The translations under genes were made by a program, and so were the position numbers. A stretch of DNA of 64,000 nucleotides from an uncultured Pelagibacteraceae bacterium (GTDB lineage Bacteria > Pseudomonadota > Alphaproteobacteria > Pelagibacterales > Pelagibacteraceae): NCBI GenBank assembly GCA_902595125.1, contig CACJOY010000005.1:2433-66432 (forward strand), in the 5' to 3' direction. Of the stretch, positions 46,046 through 59,089 are shown piece by piece. Within the stretch, counting starts at the first letter, position 1. Every line of letters begins with the position of its first letter. Under the pieces are notes generated by a model that did no database searches, was not told where the DNA came from, and was given only the letters and a program-made list of their open reading frames with translations.

Positions 46046-49000
46046 TGAAAAACTATAAAAAAAACTTAGATTTACTCACACAAAACCATGTTTATTCAAA
46101 AGAAATGGAACATGATGCTTGTGGAGTTGGTTTAATTGCATCTACAGATGGAAAAAAATCCAGGGCTATAGTTGAATATGGAATTGAAGCTTTAAAAGCA
46201 GTTTGGCACAGAGGAGCAGTAGATGCAGATGGAAAAACTGGTGATGGAGCTGGAATACATGTTGAAATTCCAAAAGATTTTTTTATAGAAAAAATACAAG
46301 TCACCGGACATGATTATGATAACTCTGAAATCTGTGTAGGAATGATTTTTCTACCTAGAAATGACTATCAAGCACAAGAGAATTGTAAAACAATTGTTGA
46401 AAGTGAACTTACCAAAAATAATTTTAGCATATATGGTTGGCGACAAGTGCCAGTAAATTCCAAAGTTTTGGGCGAAAAAGCTCTTCAAACAATGCCAGAA
46501 ATTATTCAGGTTCTTTTTAAATCTAATGATCCCAATCTATTAGATAAAAACTTAGAAAGAAACATTTATGAAATAAGAAAAAGAATCGAAAATAAAACTT
46601 TTGATGCATCAATGAATAATTTTTATATTTGTTCAATGAGCTCAAAGTCTATAATTTATAAAGGACTATATTTAGCAGAGGCATTATCGGACTTTTATCT
46701 AGACTTAAAAGATTCAAGATTTATTTCAAGATATGTAATTTTTCATCAAAGATTTTCAACAAACACAGCACCTAGCTGGAGTTTAGCGCAACCATTTAGA
46801 GCTATAGCGCATAATGGCGAGATAAATACTTATAAAGGAAATAAAAACTGGATGAAAGTTCACGAGCAAGAAATGAGTAGCCCACTTTTTAATAATATAG
46901 AAAATTTAAAACCAGTAATCCAAAAAGGAGTTTCAGATTCTGCTGCTTTAGATAATGTATTTGAGTTATTGAATAGATCAGGCCAATCAGCACCATTAGC
47001 TAAATTGATGCTTATACCTGATGCGTGGTCAAAAAAAAATAAGACATTATCAAAAAGTCACCAACAATTATTTAATTTTTTAAATAGTACAATGGAACCG
47101 TGGGATGGACCTGCTGCAATCGCCGCCACAGATAATGAATGGGTTATAGCAGCAAATGATAGAAATGGTCTTAGACCTCTAAGGTATACTATTACAAAAG
47201 ATAATATGATCTTTGCAGGTTCAGAGACTGGGATGATTGATTTAAACGAAAAAAAAATATTAACTAAAGGTAGATTAGGCCCCGGTGAAATAATTGGTGT
47301 TAGAATTGAAAAAGGTAAAGTTTTTTCGAACGGTCAAATAAAAGATTATCTAGCTAAAGAATTCAAACATTTCAATTCTCAAATAATTGATTTAGATGAA
47401 AAATTATCAATCCAAAACGAGAAATATAACTTTGATGGTGAAAGTTTAAGGAGAAGACAATATACTTTTGGAATTAGTTTGGAGGATCTAGAGCTTATTT
47501 TACATCCAATGGCAGAAGATGCAAAAGAAGCAACAGGCTCAATGGGTGATGATACACCTTTAGCTGTATTGTCTGACAAATACAGACCGCTTTATCATTT
47601 TTTTAGACAAAATTTTAGCCAGGTAACCAATCCACCAATAGACTCTTTAAGGGAAAATAAAGTAATGAGTTTAAAAACTAGATTTGGAAATTTAGGTAAT
47701 ATTCTTGATTTTGATACTCTTACAAAAGAGAATATTTATGTTTTAAATAGTCCTATTTTATCAAATTCACAATTTGAAAAGTTTACAAATTTTTTTGGTA
47801 AAAATTCTTTAATAATAAATTGTACTTTCTCTAAGGATGAAAACTTAACAGAATCAATTGTCAGAATACAAAAAGAAGCAGAGATAGCAGTAAGACAAGG
47901 TGTTACCCAACTAATTTTGAGTGATAAAGATATTGCTTCTGAAAGGTTACACATGCCTATGTTGTTATGTGTGGGTGCCATAAATACATTTTTGACTCAA
48001 AAAAAATTAAGGGGGTATGTTTCAATAAATGTACAATCAGGTGAAGCTTTAGATACGCATTCATTTGCAACGTTAATTGGTGTTGGAGCAACAACAGTCA
48101 ATCCTTATTTAGCTTTCGATAGCCTTTTTCAAAGACACGAAAAAAAACTTTTTGGACAATATAGTTTTGATGAATGCATTCAAAGATATATAAATTCAGT
48201 GAACGCTGGTCTCTTGAAAATAATGTCTAAGATGGGGATTTCAGTCTTAAGCTCATACAGAGGTGGTTGTAATTTTGAAACTGTTGGATTAAGTAGAACG
48301 ATTGTTAACGACTATTTTCCTGGAGTAACATCAAAAATTTCAGGCATAGGCTTAATTGGAATTGAAAAAAAAATAAGAGAAATTCATAAAGAAGCCTTTG
48401 AAAGCACGGAAACTATTTTACCAATTGGTGGTATTTATAGATATAGAAAAAATGGAGAAACTCATCAATATCAAGGAAGACTAATTCATCTATTACAAAG
48501 CGCAGTTGGATCTAATTCATATGAAGCTTATAAAAAATATGCAGATGGAATATATAATTTACCACCAATTAACTTAAGAGATCTTATTAATTTTAGAAAG
48601 AAGAAATTAGGTCCGCCAATAAAAATTTCTGAGGTTGAACCAATAGACGAAATACTTAAAAGATTTGGTAGTGGAAGTATGTCTCATGGAGCTTTATCAA
48701 AGGAGGCACACGAGACCTTAGCAATAGGTATGAATAGAATTAAAGGAGCTTCTTGTAGTGGAGAAGGTGGTGAAGATGATAAAAGATTTAAAGTTATGGA
48801 TAGTGGAGATAGTGCAAATTCCAGAGTTAAGCAAATCGCGTCTGCGAGATTTGGTGTGACAATTAACTATCTAAATAATTGCAATGAGATAGAAATTAAG
48901 ATGGCTCAAGGAGCAAAACCAGGAGAGGGTGGTCAATTACCAGGATTTAAGGTTACTAAAGAAATTGCAAGACTGAGACACTCTACTCCAGGGGTAACTT

Positions 49001-50550
49001 TAATCTCTCCACCACCTCACCACGACATATATTCAATTGAGGATTTAGCTCAATTAATTTATGATTTAAAACAAGCTAATCCGAAAGCAAGAGTAGGTGT
49101 TAAGTTAGTGGCTTCTTCAGGAATAGGAACTATTGCTGCTGGTGTGGCTAAAGCTAAAGCTGACATTATTTTAATTTCTGGTCACAACGGTGGTACGGGA
49201 GCAACGCCACAAACTAGTGTTAAATATGTTGGCATTCCTTGGGAGATGGGCCTTACTGAGGCTAATCAAGTTCTTACACTAAATAATTTAAGACATAAAG
49301 TTACTTTAAGAACAGATGGAGGAATTAAAACTGGAAGAGATGTAGTCATCGCAGCAATGATGGGAGCAGAGGAGTATGGAGTTGCAACAACAGCTTTAGT
49401 CGCTATGGGATGTATTATGGTAAGACAATGTCATTCAAATACTTGTCCTGTTGGTGTTTGTACACAAGATGAAAAATTAAGAGAAAAATTTACAGGTACA
49501 CCAGATAAAGTAGTAAACTTATTTACTTTTATTGCTTCAGAAGTTAGAGAGATTTTATCAGAATTAGGATTTAAATCATTAAATGATGTGATCGGAAGAA
49601 CAGATTTATTAATGCAGGTAAATAAAGCATCACCAAATTTGGATGATTTAGATTTAAATCCACTATTTGTTCAAGCTGACCCAGGTAATAATAAAAGATA
49701 TTGCGAAATTACTGAGATTAATAAAGTACCTGATACATTAGATCAACAAATTTGGCCAGAGATTGAAAAAAGTTTGAACAAATCAGAAAAAATTGAAAAT
49801 GAGTTTATAATTAAAAATACTAATAGAGCAGTTGGTACTAGAATTTCTCATAATTTATATAAAAAATATGGATATCAAAAGTTGGATCAAAATTTTTTAA
49901 CTTTAAATTTTAAAGGTTCTGCTGGCCAATCTTTCGGTGCATTTTCAGCTAAAGGTTTAAAACTTATTCTTAAGGGAGATGCAAACGATTACGTTGGTAA
50001 AGGATTATCGGGTGCAACGATTACAATAAAACTCTCTGATGAAAGTAACTTAGTCTCAAATGAAAATACTATAATAGGTAATACTGTTCTTTATGGCGCT
50101 ACATCCGGAAAACTTTTTGCTGCTGGACAAGCTGGAGATAGATTTGCAGTAAGAAACTCAGGTGCAATATCTGTTATTGAGGGCTGTGATTCTAATGGTT
50201 GTGAATATATGACAGGAGGCACTGTAGTAGTATTAGGAAATGTTGGAGATAACTTTGCGGCAGGCATGACAGGAGGAATGGCATTTATTTATGACAAGTC
50301 AAAAGAATTTGAAAAAAATGTAAATCCCGAGTCAGTTTTGTGGCAAAATGTTGAAACAGAATATTGGATAAATTATTTAAAAAAATTAGTTTTAGAACAT
50401 TTTGAAGAAACAGGCTCTATTATTTCGAAAAATATTGTCGAAAACTTTGAAAAAGAAATAAAAAATTTCTTACAAGTTTGTCCAAAAGAAATGTTAAATA
50501 AACTTAAAAACCCGATTTCATTAAAGCAAAAAATAAAAGAAGTTAGCTAA
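46045..50550 (+). CDS. gltB: Glutamate synthase large subunit
   Basis: DACGVG, HQRFSTNT, AHNGEINT, PWDGPA, IKMAQGAKPGEGGQLPG, CHSNTCPVGV. Confidence 0.99.
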   Translation: MKNYKKNLDLLTQNHVYSKEMEHDACGVGLIASTDGKKSRAIVEYGIEALKAVWHRGAVDADGKTGDGAGIHVEIPKDFFIEKIQVTGHDYDNSEICVGMIFLPRNDYQAQENCKTIVESELTKNNFSIYGWRQVPVNSKVLGEKALQTMPEIIQVLFKSNDPNLLDKNLERNIYEIRKRIENKTFDASMNNFYICSMSSKSIIYKGLYLAEALSDFYLDLKDSRFISRYVIFHQRFSTNTAPSWSLAQPFRAIAHNGEINTYKGNKNWMKVHEQEMSSPLFNNIENLKPVIQKGVSDSAALDNVFELLNRSGQSAPLAKLMLIPDAWSKKNKTLSKSHQQLFNFLNSTMEPWDGPAAIAATDNEWVIAANDRNGLRPLRYTITKDNMIFAGSETGMIDLNEKKILTKGRLGPGEIIGVRIEKGKVFSNGQIKDYLAKEFKHFNSQIIDLDEKLSIQNEKYNFDGESLRRRQYTFGISLEDLELILHPMAEDAKEATGSMGDDTPLAVLSDKYRPLYHFFRQNFSQVTNPPIDSLRENKVMSLKTRFGNLGNILDFDTLTKENIYVLNSPILSNSQFEKFTNFFGKNSLIINCTFSKDENLTESIVRIQKEAEIAVRQGVTQLILSDKDIASERLHMPMLLCVGAINTFLTQKKLRGYVSINVQSGEALDTHSFATLIGVGATTVNPYLAFDSLFQRHEKKLFGQYSFDECIQRYINSVNAGLLKIMSKMGISVLSSYRGGCNFETVGLSRTIVNDYFPGVTSKISGIGLIGIEKKIREIHKEAFESTETILPIGGIYRYRKNGETHQYQGRLIHLLQSAVGSNSYEAYKKYADGIYNLPPINLRDLINFRKKKLGPPIKISEVEPIDEILKRFGSGSMSHGALSKEAHETLAIGMNRIKGASCSGEGGEDDKRFKVMDSGDSANSRVKQIASARFGVTINYLNNCNEIEIKMAQGAKPGEGGQLPGFKVTKEIARLRHSTPGVTLISPPPHHDIYSIEDLAQLIYDLKQANPKARVGVKLVASSGIGTIAAGVAKAKADIILISGHNGGTGATPQTSVKYVGIPWEMGLTEANQVLTLNNLRHKVTLRTDGGIKTGRDVVIAAMMGAEEYGVATTALVAMGCIMVRQCHSNTCPVGVCTQDEKLREKFTGTPDKVVNLFTFIASEVREILSELGFKSLNDVIGRTDLLMQVNKASPNLDDLDLNPLFVQADPGNNKRYCEITEINKVPDTLDQQIWPEIEKSLNKSEKIENEFIIKNTNRAVGTRISHNLYKKYGYQKLDQNFLTLNFKGSAGQSFGAFSAKGLKLILKGDANDYVGKGLSGATITIKLSDESNLVSNENTIIGNTVLYGATSGKLFAAGQAGDRFAVRNSGAISVIEGCDSNGCEYMTGGTVVVLGNVGDNFAAGMTGGMAFIYDKSKEFEKNVNPESVLWQNVETEYWINYLKKLVLEHFEETGSIISKNIVENFEKEIKNFLQVCPKEMLNKLKNPISLKQKIKEVS

Positions 50551-51289
50551 TAATTAATTTCAGTTCTTTATTAATTAATTTCAAAAATCTAGGAGAGGAT
50601 AAACTATGGTCGCCATTTTTAATAATCACTAGCTTTTTTTTTGCATTTTTAAAAATCCTCAAAACTTTTTTTGAGTAGGAAATTGGCACTACTTCATCTT
50701 TTTGTCCATGTATCATAGTAACATTAATTTTAGATGTTATTTTTTTATTTAAAACTCTATTTTTTCTACCATCTTTGATCAATTGAAGAGTTATAGGATA
50801 GGTATAATCTCCATGTTCAAAATTATAAATCTTTTTAAAAATTATTTCTTTTTTTACTTTTTTAGAAAATTTTTTCCACATTAAATTTTCTAAAAATTCA
50901 GGCGCCGACCCAATTCCTAAAAAACCTATTATTTGATTTTTTATGAATTTGAATTGATTCAGCGAAATCCATGCTCCCATGCTAGATCCTACAAGAATTA
51001 TTTTGTTTTTTTTTATATGTTTATTTATTAACAGTTTTGTTTCGTTGGTCCATTTGGAGATATTACCATTTGTAAATTTTCCTGATGATTTACCATGTCC
51101 AGAATATTCAAGAGCAAGGAAACCTAATTTATGCTTTTTTGCAAAATTTAAAAGAGTTCTAGGTTTTTTCCCCTCTAAATCTGACATAAAGCCATGTAAA
51201 AAAACAATATACACACCCTTTTTTTGTACAAGTTTTAAGTATCTGATTTTTTTAGTTTTATTTATTCTGATGTAACTGAAGTTATTCAT
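50543..51289 (-). CDS. Alpha/beta hydrolase
   Basis: FLHGFMSD..G.K, YSGHGKS.G, VGSSMGAW, HGQKD, GDHSLS. Confidence 0.9.
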   Translation of the reverse strand: MNNFSYIRINKTKKIRYLKLVQKKGVYIVFLHGFMSDLEGKKPRTLLNFAKKHKLGFLALEYSGHGKSSGKFTNGNISKWTNETKLLINKHIKKNKIILVGSSMGAWISLNQFKFIKNQIIGFLGIGSAPEFLENLMWKKFSKKVKKEIIFKKIYNFEHGDYTYPITLQLIKDGRKNRVLNKKITSKINVTMIHGQKDEVVPISYSKKVLRIFKNAKKKLVIIKNGDHSLSSPRFLKLINKELKLIIS

Positions 51290-51331
51290 TAAAGTTTATT
51301 AGTTTAAGCTATTATTATATAATCTTATTCA

Positions 51332-52486
51332 ATGACGTCTAATATAAAAGTTTTACAAGTAATACCAAAACTAGGTTACGGCGGTGCAGAAACAGGCTGT
51401 TATGATTTAGCACACTATTTACCAGAAAATGATTGTGAATCTTTTATTGTTACTAGTGGTGGGGAATTAACTAAGTTTGTAAACAAAGAGAAGGTAAAAT
51501 TAATTAGACTACCCGTTCATAGTAAAAACCCAATACTCATTTTTATTAATTCAATTATTTTAATTTTAATAATCTTATTTTTTAACATATCCATCATTCA
51601 TGCAAGAAGCCGCGCTCCAGCCTGGTCATGCTTAATAGCAACAAAATTAACTAGAAGGAAATTTGTTACAACTTTTCATGGTACTTATAATTTTAGTGGA
51701 AAATTTAAAAAATTTTATAATTCAGTTATGGTAAGATCAGATCTAATAATTGCTGGATCAAATTTTATCTTTTCACATATAAAAAAAAATTACTCAGAGT
51801 TTTTAAACATAAAAAAAAAATTTCTTGTAATTTTTAGAGGAATAAATGTTGACTATTTTGATCCATCTACAAAATTAGACAATGATGAAAAAAAATTGCT
51901 TCAAAAGTGGGAAATAAATCAAGAAAAAAAAATTATACTTATGCCGGGACGACTTACTTCTTGGAAAGGACAAGAACTATTTATTGAAGCAATTAATTTA
52001 GTAAAAATCGAGTTAGGCTTTGAAGCATTCCATGCTGTGATACTTGGAAATGATCAAGGTAGAAATTTATATAAAAAAAAATTAATTCGGCTAACTGAAC
52101 AGTACCGCTTATCCAATCAAATTAAATTTATTGACCATTGCAAGGATATGGCATTAGCATATAAAGTTTCAGATGTAATAGTATCAGCCTCTATAGAACC
52201 TGAGGCATTTGGAAGAGTTGCAGTTGAAGCACAGTCTATGGAAAAAATTATTATTGCAAGTAATATTGGCGGTTCTAATGAAACTATAATTGACGAAAAA
52301 ACCGGCTTTCTATTCAATTCTGGAGACGCAGTATCTTTAAGTAAAAAAATTATTGGAGTGATAAATATGGATGAAACGTTGATTAAACAGATGGGCAAAG
52401 AAGGAAGAAAAAATATAATAAAAAAATTTAATGTTGAAAAAATGTGTTTTTCTACTTATTCAGAGTATAAAAGACTAATAAATTAA
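51332..52486 (+). CDS. Glycosyltransferase family 4
   Basis: GGAETG, HARSRAPAW, TTFHG, GRLTSWKGQ, EPEAFGRVAVEAQ. Confidence 0.92.
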   Translation: MTSNIKVLQVIPKLGYGGAETGCYDLAHYLPENDCESFIVTSGGELTKFVNKEKVKLIRLPVHSKNPILIFINSIILILIILFFNISIIHARSRAPAWSCLIATKLTRRKFVTTFHGTYNFSGKFKKFYNSVMVRSDLIIAGSNFIFSHIKKNYSEFLNIKKKFLVIFRGINVDYFDPSTKLDNDEKKLLQKWEINQEKKIILMPGRLTSWKGQELFIEAINLVKIELGFEAFHAVILGNDQGRNLYKKKLIRLTEQYRLSNQIKFIDHCKDMALAYKVSDVIVSASIEPEAFGRVAVEAQSMEKIIIASNIGGSNETIIDEKTGFLFNSGDAVSLSKKIIGVINMDETLIKQMGKEGRKNIIKKFNVEKMCFSTYSEYKRLIN

Positions 52487-54406
52487 ATGCCTATTATTAC
52501 ACTACCAGATCAAAAAAAAATTGATTTTCCCAAAGAGGTAACCGGGTTAGAAATTGCAGAAAAGATAAGTAAATCATTATCCAAACAAGCACTAGTAATG
52601 AGTGTGGATGGAGAACTCAAAGATTTATATTTTTCTATAAATAAAAACTCTTCAGTAAAAATTTTTACAGCAAAAGATCCAGAGGGACTAGAGGTTATTA
52701 GACATGATACAGCGCATATTATGGCCATGGCTGTTCAAGAATTATATCCTGGTACTCAAGTTACAATTGGACCTGTGATAGAAAATGGATTTTATTACGA
52801 TTTTGCAAGGAAAGATCCTTTTACAAGCGATGATCTAAAAAAGATTGAAAAAAGAATGTCAGAAATTATTGATAAAGATGTAGAAACGAGAAGAGAAGTT
52901 TGGGAAAGAGAAAAAGCAATTACTCATTTTAAAAAGATTGGAGAAAAATACAAAGCTGAAATCATTGAAAGTATTCCAAAAAACGAGGAGCTTTCAGTTT
53001 ATCATCATGGTGATACTTGGTATGACTTGTGTAGAGGCCCACATCTGGTGTCCTCTGGGAAAATTGTTAAAGCTTTCAAACTTACTAAAGTTTCTGGAGC
53101 ATATTGGCGTGGAGACTCTAAAAATGAAATGCTTCAAAGAATTTATGGAACTGGCTGGGCATCTCAAAAAGATTTAGATGATTATTTAAAAAGAATTGAG
53201 GAAGCAGAAAAAAGAGATCATAGAAAATTGGGAAAAGAAATGGATTTATTTCATTTTCGAGAAGAGAGCCCAGGTTCTGTTTTTTGGCATGAAAAAGGTT
53301 GGGCCTTATTTCAAAAATTAATAAATTACATGAGAGCACGACAAGATGCAGCTGGTTATAGAGAAGTAAATACACCCGAAGTATTAGATAGATTATTATG
53401 GGAGAAATCTGGTCATTGGGAAAAATACGGAGAAAACATGTATACTTCAGAAACTCCAGATGAAAAAATATTTGCAATAAAGCCCATGAATTGTCCAGGA
53501 CATATTCAAGTTTTTAACCAAGGTTTAAAAAGTTATAGAGATTTACCATTAAGAATAACAGAATTTGGAAAAGTTCATCGTTATGAGCCATCTGGTGCTC
53601 TTCATGGATTGTTAAGGGTAAGAGCATTTACGCAGGATGATGCACATATATTTTGTTCAGAGGATCAAATTACTAGCGAATGTTTAAATGTGACAAATTT
53701 AATTTTAGATATTTATAAAGATTTGGGTTTTGAAAATGTCGTACTAAAGTATGCTGATCGACCAGAAGTTCGTGTTGGTGATGATAAAGTTTGGGATAGA
53801 GCTGAAGCATCATTGTTGGAGGCAGTTAAAGCCTCTAAATTGAAATATACTATTAATAAGGGCGAAGGAGCATTTTATGGTCCTAAAATAGAATTTGTTT
53901 TAAGAGATGCAATTGGTAGAGATTGGCAATGTGGAACAATACAGGTTGATTTAAACTTACCTGGTAGATTAGATGCTTCTTATGTTGATAAAGATGGAAC
54001 AAAAAAAATTCCCGTGATGTTACATCGGGCATTGTTTGGTTCACTTGAAAGATTTATTGGAATTTTAATTGAGAATTATGCAGGAAAGTTTCCATTTTGG
54101 ATTTCGCCGTTACAAACAGTTGTTATTCCAATCTCAGAAGATTTTGAAGATTATGCTAAAAAAGTATCAGAAAAAATTAAAAAAAATGGCATGAGTTCAT
54201 TAGTTGATTTAAAAAACCACAATTTGAATTATAAAATTAGGGAACATTCACTAGCAAAAGTCCCTGTTTTATTAATTTGTGGTAAAAAAGAAGTTGACAC
54301 TAACTCTGTAACCATTAGAAGATTGGATTCTAATAAACAAGAAAATATGGAACTAAATTTATTCTTAAAAAAATATTCTGCTTTAAATAAAGTATCTTCA
54401 AACTAA
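52487..54406 (+). CDS. thrS: Threonyl-tRNA synthetase
   Basis: TGS domain, [48 protein letters not shown]. Confidence 0.99.
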   Translation: MPIITLPDQKKIDFPKEVTGLEIAEKISKSLSKQALVMSVDGELKDLYFSINKNSSVKIFTAKDPEGLEVIRHDTAHIMAMAVQELYPGTQVTIGPVIENGFYYDFARKDPFTSDDLKKIEKRMSEIIDKDVETRREVWEREKAITHFKKIGEKYKAEIIESIPKNEELSVYHHGDTWYDLCRGPHLVSSGKIVKAFKLTKVSGAYWRGDSKNEMLQRIYGTGWASQKDLDDYLKRIEEAEKRDHRKLGKEMDLFHFREESPGSVFWHEKGWALFQKLINYMRARQDAAGYREVNTPEVLDRLLWEKSGHWEKYGENMYTSETPDEKIFAIKPMNCPGHIQVFNQGLKSYRDLPLRITEFGKVHRYEPSGALHGLLRVRAFTQDDAHIFCSEDQITSECLNVTNLILDIYKDLGFENVVLKYADRPEVRVGDDKVWDRAEASLLEAVKASKLKYTINKGEGAFYGPKIEFVLRDAIGRDWQCGTIQVDLNLPGRLDASYVDKDGTKKIPVMLHRALFGSLERFIGILIENYAGKFPFWISPLQTVVIPISEDFEDYAKKVSEKIKKNGMSSLVDLKNHNLNYKIREHSLAKVPVLLICGKKEVDTNSVTIRRLDSNKQENMELNLFLKKYSALNKVSSN

Positions 54407-54952
54407 GTGGCAGATTTCAAACAAAATTATTTCCAAAGAAGAACAAAAGATCGAGGCCCAAGATCAAATAATAGAATTTCTTCTCCAGAAATTCAAGTTA
54501 TAGGAAGTGATGGAGAAAATTTAGGAATTTTAAATACAAATGAAGCAATTTCTATGGCTAAAAATCAAGGTCTTGATTTAATAGAGATAGCACCCAATGC
54601 TAACCCTCCCGTTTGTAAGATCATGGATATGGGAAAATATAAATATGATGCTCAAAAAAAAGCAAACCTAGCTAAAAAAAAACAAAAAATTGTCTCTTTA
54701 AAAGAAATTAAAATGCGACCTGTAACAGAGACTCATGATTATGAATTTAAAGTTAAAAATGCAAAAAAATTTATTGCAAAAGGAGATAAGGTAAAATTTA
54801 CAATTAGATTTAAGGGTCGAGAACTTCAACATTCTCATTTGGGTAATGAATTAATGACTAAGATTAAAGAAGACATGAAAGATATAGGAAAAGTAGAATT
54901 ACATCCAAAATTTGACGGAAAACAAATGATTATGGTAATTCAGCCTTTATAG
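54407..54952 (+). CDS. infC: Translation initiation factor IF-3
   Basis: GLDLIEIAPNANPPVCKIMDMGKYKY, KEIKMRP, GDKVK..IRFKGRE; GTG start abutting the thrS stop. Confidence 0.96.
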   Translation: MADFKQNYFQRRTKDRGPRSNNRISSPEIQVIGSDGENLGILNTNEAISMAKNQGLDLIEIAPNANPPVCKIMDMGKYKYDAQKKANLAKKKQKIVSLKEIKMRPVTETHDYEFKVKNAKKFIAKGDKVKFTIRFKGRELQHSHLGNELMTKIKEDMKDIGKVELHPKFDGKQMIMVIQPL

Positions 54953-54965
54953 GCTTTAATTGAGG

Positions 54966-54994
54966 TTGTAAATTTACATCATTCTTTGTATAAA
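54966..54994 (+). promoter_or_regulatory. Putative promoter of rpmI-rplT
   Basis: TTGTAA-N17-TATAAA, 11 nt before the ATG. Confidence 0.5.
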
Positions 54995-55005
54995 CTCGCA
55001 GAATT

Positions 55006-55212
55006 ATGCCAAAACTTAAAACTAAAAGCTCAGCAAAAAAAAGATTTAAAGTATCAGCAAGAGGTAAAGTGATAATGGCTCAAGCTGGCAAAAGGCATGG
55101 AATGATTAAAAGAACTAATTCTCAAATCAGAAAATTAAGAGGCACTACTACGATGTCAAAACAAGATGGAAAAATTGTTAAGTCGTACATGCCCTACAGT
55201 TTAAGAGGTTAA
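55006..55212 (+). CDS. rpmI: 50S ribosomal protein L35
   Basis: [15 protein letters not shown]. Confidence 0.97.
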   Translation: MPKLKTKSSAKKRFKVSARGKVIMAQAGKRHGMIKRTNSQIRKLRGTTTMSKQDGKIVKSYMPYSLRG

Positions 55213-55213
55213 A

Positions 55214-55570
55214 ATGGCAAGAACTAAAAGAGGTGTAGTAAGTAGAGCTAAACATAAAAAAGTTTTAAAGGCTGTAAAAGGACAATGGGGAAGAAGAAAA
55301 AATACTATAAGAGTTGCAAAACAAGCTATGGAAAAAGCTATGCAATATGCTTATAGAGATCGAAGAAATAAAAAAAGAGATTTTAAATCATTATGGATTC
55401 AGAGAATAAATGCAGGTGTAAGGACAGAGGGATTAACCTACTCAAGGTTTATTAATGGGTTGAATAAGTGTGGGATTAAAATAGATCGTAAAATTCTAGC
55501 TGAAATTGCTTATGATAGTCCAGAAGCCTTTAAAACTATAGTACAAAAAGCTCAATCTGCTTTAAATTAA
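55214..55570 (+). CDS. rplT: 50S ribosomal protein L20
   Basis: [36 protein letters not shown]. Confidence 0.98.
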   Translation: MARTKRGVVSRAKHKKVLKAVKGQWGRRKNTIRVAKQAMEKAMQYAYRDRRNKKRDFKSLWIQRINAGVRTEGLTYSRFINGLNKCGIKIDRKILAEIAYDSPEAFKTIVQKAQSALN

Positions 55571-55613
55571 TCTTCACTATTGTTTTATTTCACTGAAGAA
55601 ATAATCTGTAAAA

Positions 55614-56681
55614 ATGTCTGATCTAAAAAAATTAAAAGAGGAATTTCTCTTAAGACTTAAAGAGAGATTAGATTTATCAGAGATAAACCAAATCAAATCA
55701 GATCTATTTGGTAAAAATGGACTAATTTCATTGCAATTTAAAAAAATTGGATCAATCGATGAGACTGAGAGAAAAAAATTCGCATCTAACTTAAATGTTA
55801 TAAAGGACGAACTACAAGAGTTAATTGATTCAAAAATAAATGAAATACAAAATGCAGAAATAAATAAAAAATTAGATAAAGAAAAAATTGATATTACTTT
55901 ACCAGAAAGATCCTTTGTAAGAGGAAAAATTCATCCTGTGTCACAAACAATTGATGAGATATCATCTATCTTTTCAGAAATAGGTTATAGCGTCGAAGAG
56001 GGACCAGATGTGGAAAATGAATACAATAATTTCACAGCATTAAATACCCCAGATAACCATCCAGCAAGAGATATGCACGATACTTTCTATTTAGATGAAA
56101 AAAAACAGAAACTATTACGTACTCACACTTCCCCAGTTCAAATTAGAACTATGCTAAAAGACAAGCCGCCCTTTAAGATTATTGCTCCTGGAAGAACATA
56201 TAGATCGGATAGCGACCAAACACATGCTCCTATGTTCCATCAAGTTGAAGGTCTTCATATAGATAAAAATATAAATATGGGTCATTTAAAAGGATGTTTA
56301 AATTATTTTATTAAAGAGTTTTTTGAAGTAGATAAAATAAAAATGAGATTTAGACCAAGTCATTTTCCTTTTACAGAGCCATCTGCTGAAGTTGACATCG
56401 GATATGAGATGAAAGATGGAAAAATAGTTATAGGTGAAGGTGATAAATGGCTTGAAATTTTAGGATGTGGAATGGTTCATCCAAATGTTTTAAAGAATGT
56501 GAAAGTTGATCCAAAAAAGTTTCAAGGATATGCATTTGGCATCGGGATAGATAGACTAGCGATGTTAAAATATGGAATTAATGATCTAAGAGCTTTCTTT
56601 GATTGTGATTATAGATGGCTAAATCACTTTGGATTTGATCCTCTAGACGTGCCAACGAACTATAGAGGCTTAAGTAGATGA
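55614..56681 (+). CDS. pheS: Phenylalanyl-tRNA synthetase alpha subunit
   Basis: [43 protein letters not shown]. Confidence 0.99.
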   Translation: MSDLKKLKEEFLLRLKERLDLSEINQIKSDLFGKNGLISLQFKKIGSIDETERKKFASNLNVIKDELQELIDSKINEIQNAEINKKLDKEKIDITLPERSFVRGKIHPVSQTIDEISSIFSEIGYSVEEGPDVENEYNNFTALNTPDNHPARDMHDTFYLDEKKQKLLRTHTSPVQIRTMLKDKPPFKIIAPGRTYRSDSDQTHAPMFHQVEGLHIDKNINMGHLKGCLNYFIKEFFEVDKIKMRFRPSHFPFTEPSAEVDIGYEMKDGKIVIGEGDKWLEILGCGMVHPNVLKNVKVDPKKFQGYAFGIGIDRLAMLKYGINDLRAFFDCDYRWLNHFGFDPLDVPTNYRGLSR

Positions 56682-59083
56682 AGATCACATTTGAATGGCT
56701 TAAAGATCATTTAAAGACAAATTTAAAAGAAAAAAATCTTTTAGATCAATTAACTAATATAGGACTAGAAGTAGAGAGTGTAGGTAATCTGTCTGCTGAA
56801 AATGACCTATTTAAAATAGCAAAAATTATAAAAGCTGAAAAACATCCTAACGCCGATCGACTCAAGATTTGTGATGTAGACGTGGGAGAAAAAAACCTTA
56901 AAAAGGTTGTGTGTGGTGCAACCAATGCAAAAGCGGGATTAATAACAATATATGCTCCTCCAGGTGCAATTATTCCTAAAACTAAAACGAAATTAGTAGA
57001 AGCTAAAATTAGAGGCGTTACTTCAAATGGAATGCTTTGTTCTGAATCTGAATTAAATTTGTCAGATGAAAGCGATGGAATAACTGAGCTATCAAAAAAA
57101 TATGAAAAAAGTATTGGTAAGAGATATTTTTCAAAACCAAAATCTAATCTAATTGATTTATCTATAACACCTAATAGGCCAGATTGTCTTGGTGTAAGAG
57201 GAATAGCTAGAGATCTTGCCGCGTCAGGTTTTGGAAAATTAAAGAATTTAAAAGAAAAAAAATTAAGATCAAAAAAAAAACAAACCCTAAGAATAAGAAT
57301 TATCAGAGAAAAAATTCAAGGATGTAATGCTTTTGGAAGTTGTTTAATTACAAATGTAAAAAATACTGAAAGCCCTCAATGGCTTAAAGAGAAACTAATT
57401 TCTATTGGTCAAAAACCAATTTCTGCAATAGTTGATGTAACAAATTTTGTAATGTTTGATATAAATCGTCCATTACATGCATATGATGCTGATAAAATCG
57501 ATAAAAGTATAATTGTTCGAAACTCTAGGTCTGGAGAAGAATTTACAGCCCTAGACAATAAAAACTACAAATTGGAAAGTGGTATGTGTGTAATAAGTGA
57601 CCATAAAGGTGTCTTAGGTCTCGGAGGAATTATTGGAGGCACAAGGTCTGGCACAGAATTTAATACAAAAAATATATTATTAGAGTCAGCTTATTTTGAA
57701 CCTAGATCTATAAGGAATACCGCAAAAAAATTGAATCTTGATACAGATGCAAAATTTAGATTTGAGAGAGGGATTGATCCATTATCTATAGAAGAAGGAT
57801 TAAATAAAGCAGCTTTACTAATCAGAGATATTTGTGGTGGGGAGATAAGTAAGATTGATATTCAAAAAATTGAGTCTTACAAAAATAATACAATTAAATT
57901 TGATATTAATTTGTTTGAAAAAGTATCTGGTATCAAAATTTCTAAAAGGGAGATGATAAAAATTTTAGAGGAACTTGGGTTTAAGGTAAAAAAAAGTAGA
58001 AATAATTTTGAATTAACAATTCCATCTTGGAGACCTGACATCTCACAAGAAGTAGATATAGTTGAAGAGTTAATAAGAATAAGTGGTTATGAAAAAATAA
58101 AAACTATAAATCCAATTAAAGAAAGAACAAAATCTACTTTGACTCAACCTCAAAAATTATTTCATTTTTTACAAAGATCAATTGCATCAAAAGGTTATCT
58201 TGAAGCAATTACATGGTCTTTTACAGATTCAAATTATAACGATCACTTTAAGGGTTCAAATAAAGAAGTTAAAATCATAAATCCAATAAGTTCTGAATTG
58301 GGTGTGTTAAGAAGTTCAATATTTTCAAACTTAATTATGTATCTAAATAAAAATTTAGATAGAGGTTTTAAAGATTTATCAATATTTGAAATCGGTCCTA
58401 TTTTTATTGGTTCTAACCCTGGTGAGCAAAATACAGTTTTATGTGGTCTTGCATCAGGTAAAAAATCTAGACTATCTTGGATCGATCAAGAGAGAAATCT
58501 TGACGTATTTGATATAAAAAGAGATGTAGTACAAACCTTAGTTGAAGCAGGTTATAATTCAGAAAAATTTTATATTGATAATGAAGTACCTGATTATTAT
58601 CATCCAGGAAAATCTGGTAGGTTATTTTTAAATGAGGAAAAAGAGAAAGTAGCGGCCTTTTTTGGTGAAATACATCCCAATATCTTGAAAAAAATTGATA
58701 TAAAAACAGAGTCCTTGCTAGGATTTGAAATTTTTGTAGATAATCTAAACTTACCAAAAAAGACTTTAAATAATCAGAAAAAAAAATTTATAGTTTCAGA
58801 CTATCAGAAATCAGAGAGGGATTTTGCATTCATAGTTGATAAGAATTTAAGTTCTCAAGATTTAATAAAAACTATCTCAAGCATTGATAAAAACTTGATT
58901 TCAAATATAAGAATTTTTGATGTTTATGAGGGTGACAACATACCAAGAGATAAAAAATCTATAGCTATTAACGTCACAATACGATCTAATGAAAAAACGC
59001 TTAATGAAGCTGATTTAGAAAATATTAATAAATTGATTATTAAAACAGTCGAAAATAGAACTGGTGCAAAAATTCGATCTTAA
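56678..59083 (+). CDS. pheT: Phenylalanyl-tRNA synthetase beta subunit
   Basis: [45 protein letters not shown]. Confidence 0.98.
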   Translation: MKITFEWLKDHLKTNLKEKNLLDQLTNIGLEVESVGNLSAENDLFKIAKIIKAEKHPNADRLKICDVDVGEKNLKKVVCGATNAKAGLITIYAPPGAIIPKTKTKLVEAKIRGVTSNGMLCSESELNLSDESDGITELSKKYEKSIGKRYFSKPKSNLIDLSITPNRPDCLGVRGIARDLAASGFGKLKNLKEKKLRSKKKQTLRIRIIREKIQGCNAFGSCLITNVKNTESPQWLKEKLISIGQKPISAIVDVTNFVMFDINRPLHAYDADKIDKSIIVRNSRSGEEFTALDNKNYKLESGMCVISDHKGVLGLGGIIGGTRSGTEFNTKNILLESAYFEPRSIRNTAKKLNLDTDAKFRFERGIDPLSIEEGLNKAALLIRDICGGEISKIDIQKIESYKNNTIKFDINLFEKVSGIKISKREMIKILEELGFKVKKSRNNFELTIPSWRPDISQEVDIVEELIRISGYEKIKTINPIKERTKSTLTQPQKLFHFLQRSIASKGYLEAITWSFTDSNYNDHFKGSNKEVKIINPISSELGVLRSSIFSNLIMYLNKNLDRGFKDLSIFEIGPIFIGSNPGEQNTVLCGLASGKKSRLSWIDQERNLDVFDIKRDVVQTLVEAGYNSEKFYIDNEVPDYYHPGKSGRLFLNEEKEKVAAFFGEIHPNILKKIDIKTESLLGFEIFVDNLNLPKKTLNNQKKKFIVSDYQKSERDFAFIVDKNLSSQDLIKTISSIDKNLISNIRIFDVYEGDNIPRDKKSIAINVTIRSNEKTLNEADLENINKLIIKTVENRTGAKIRS

Positions 59084-59089
59084 AATTTG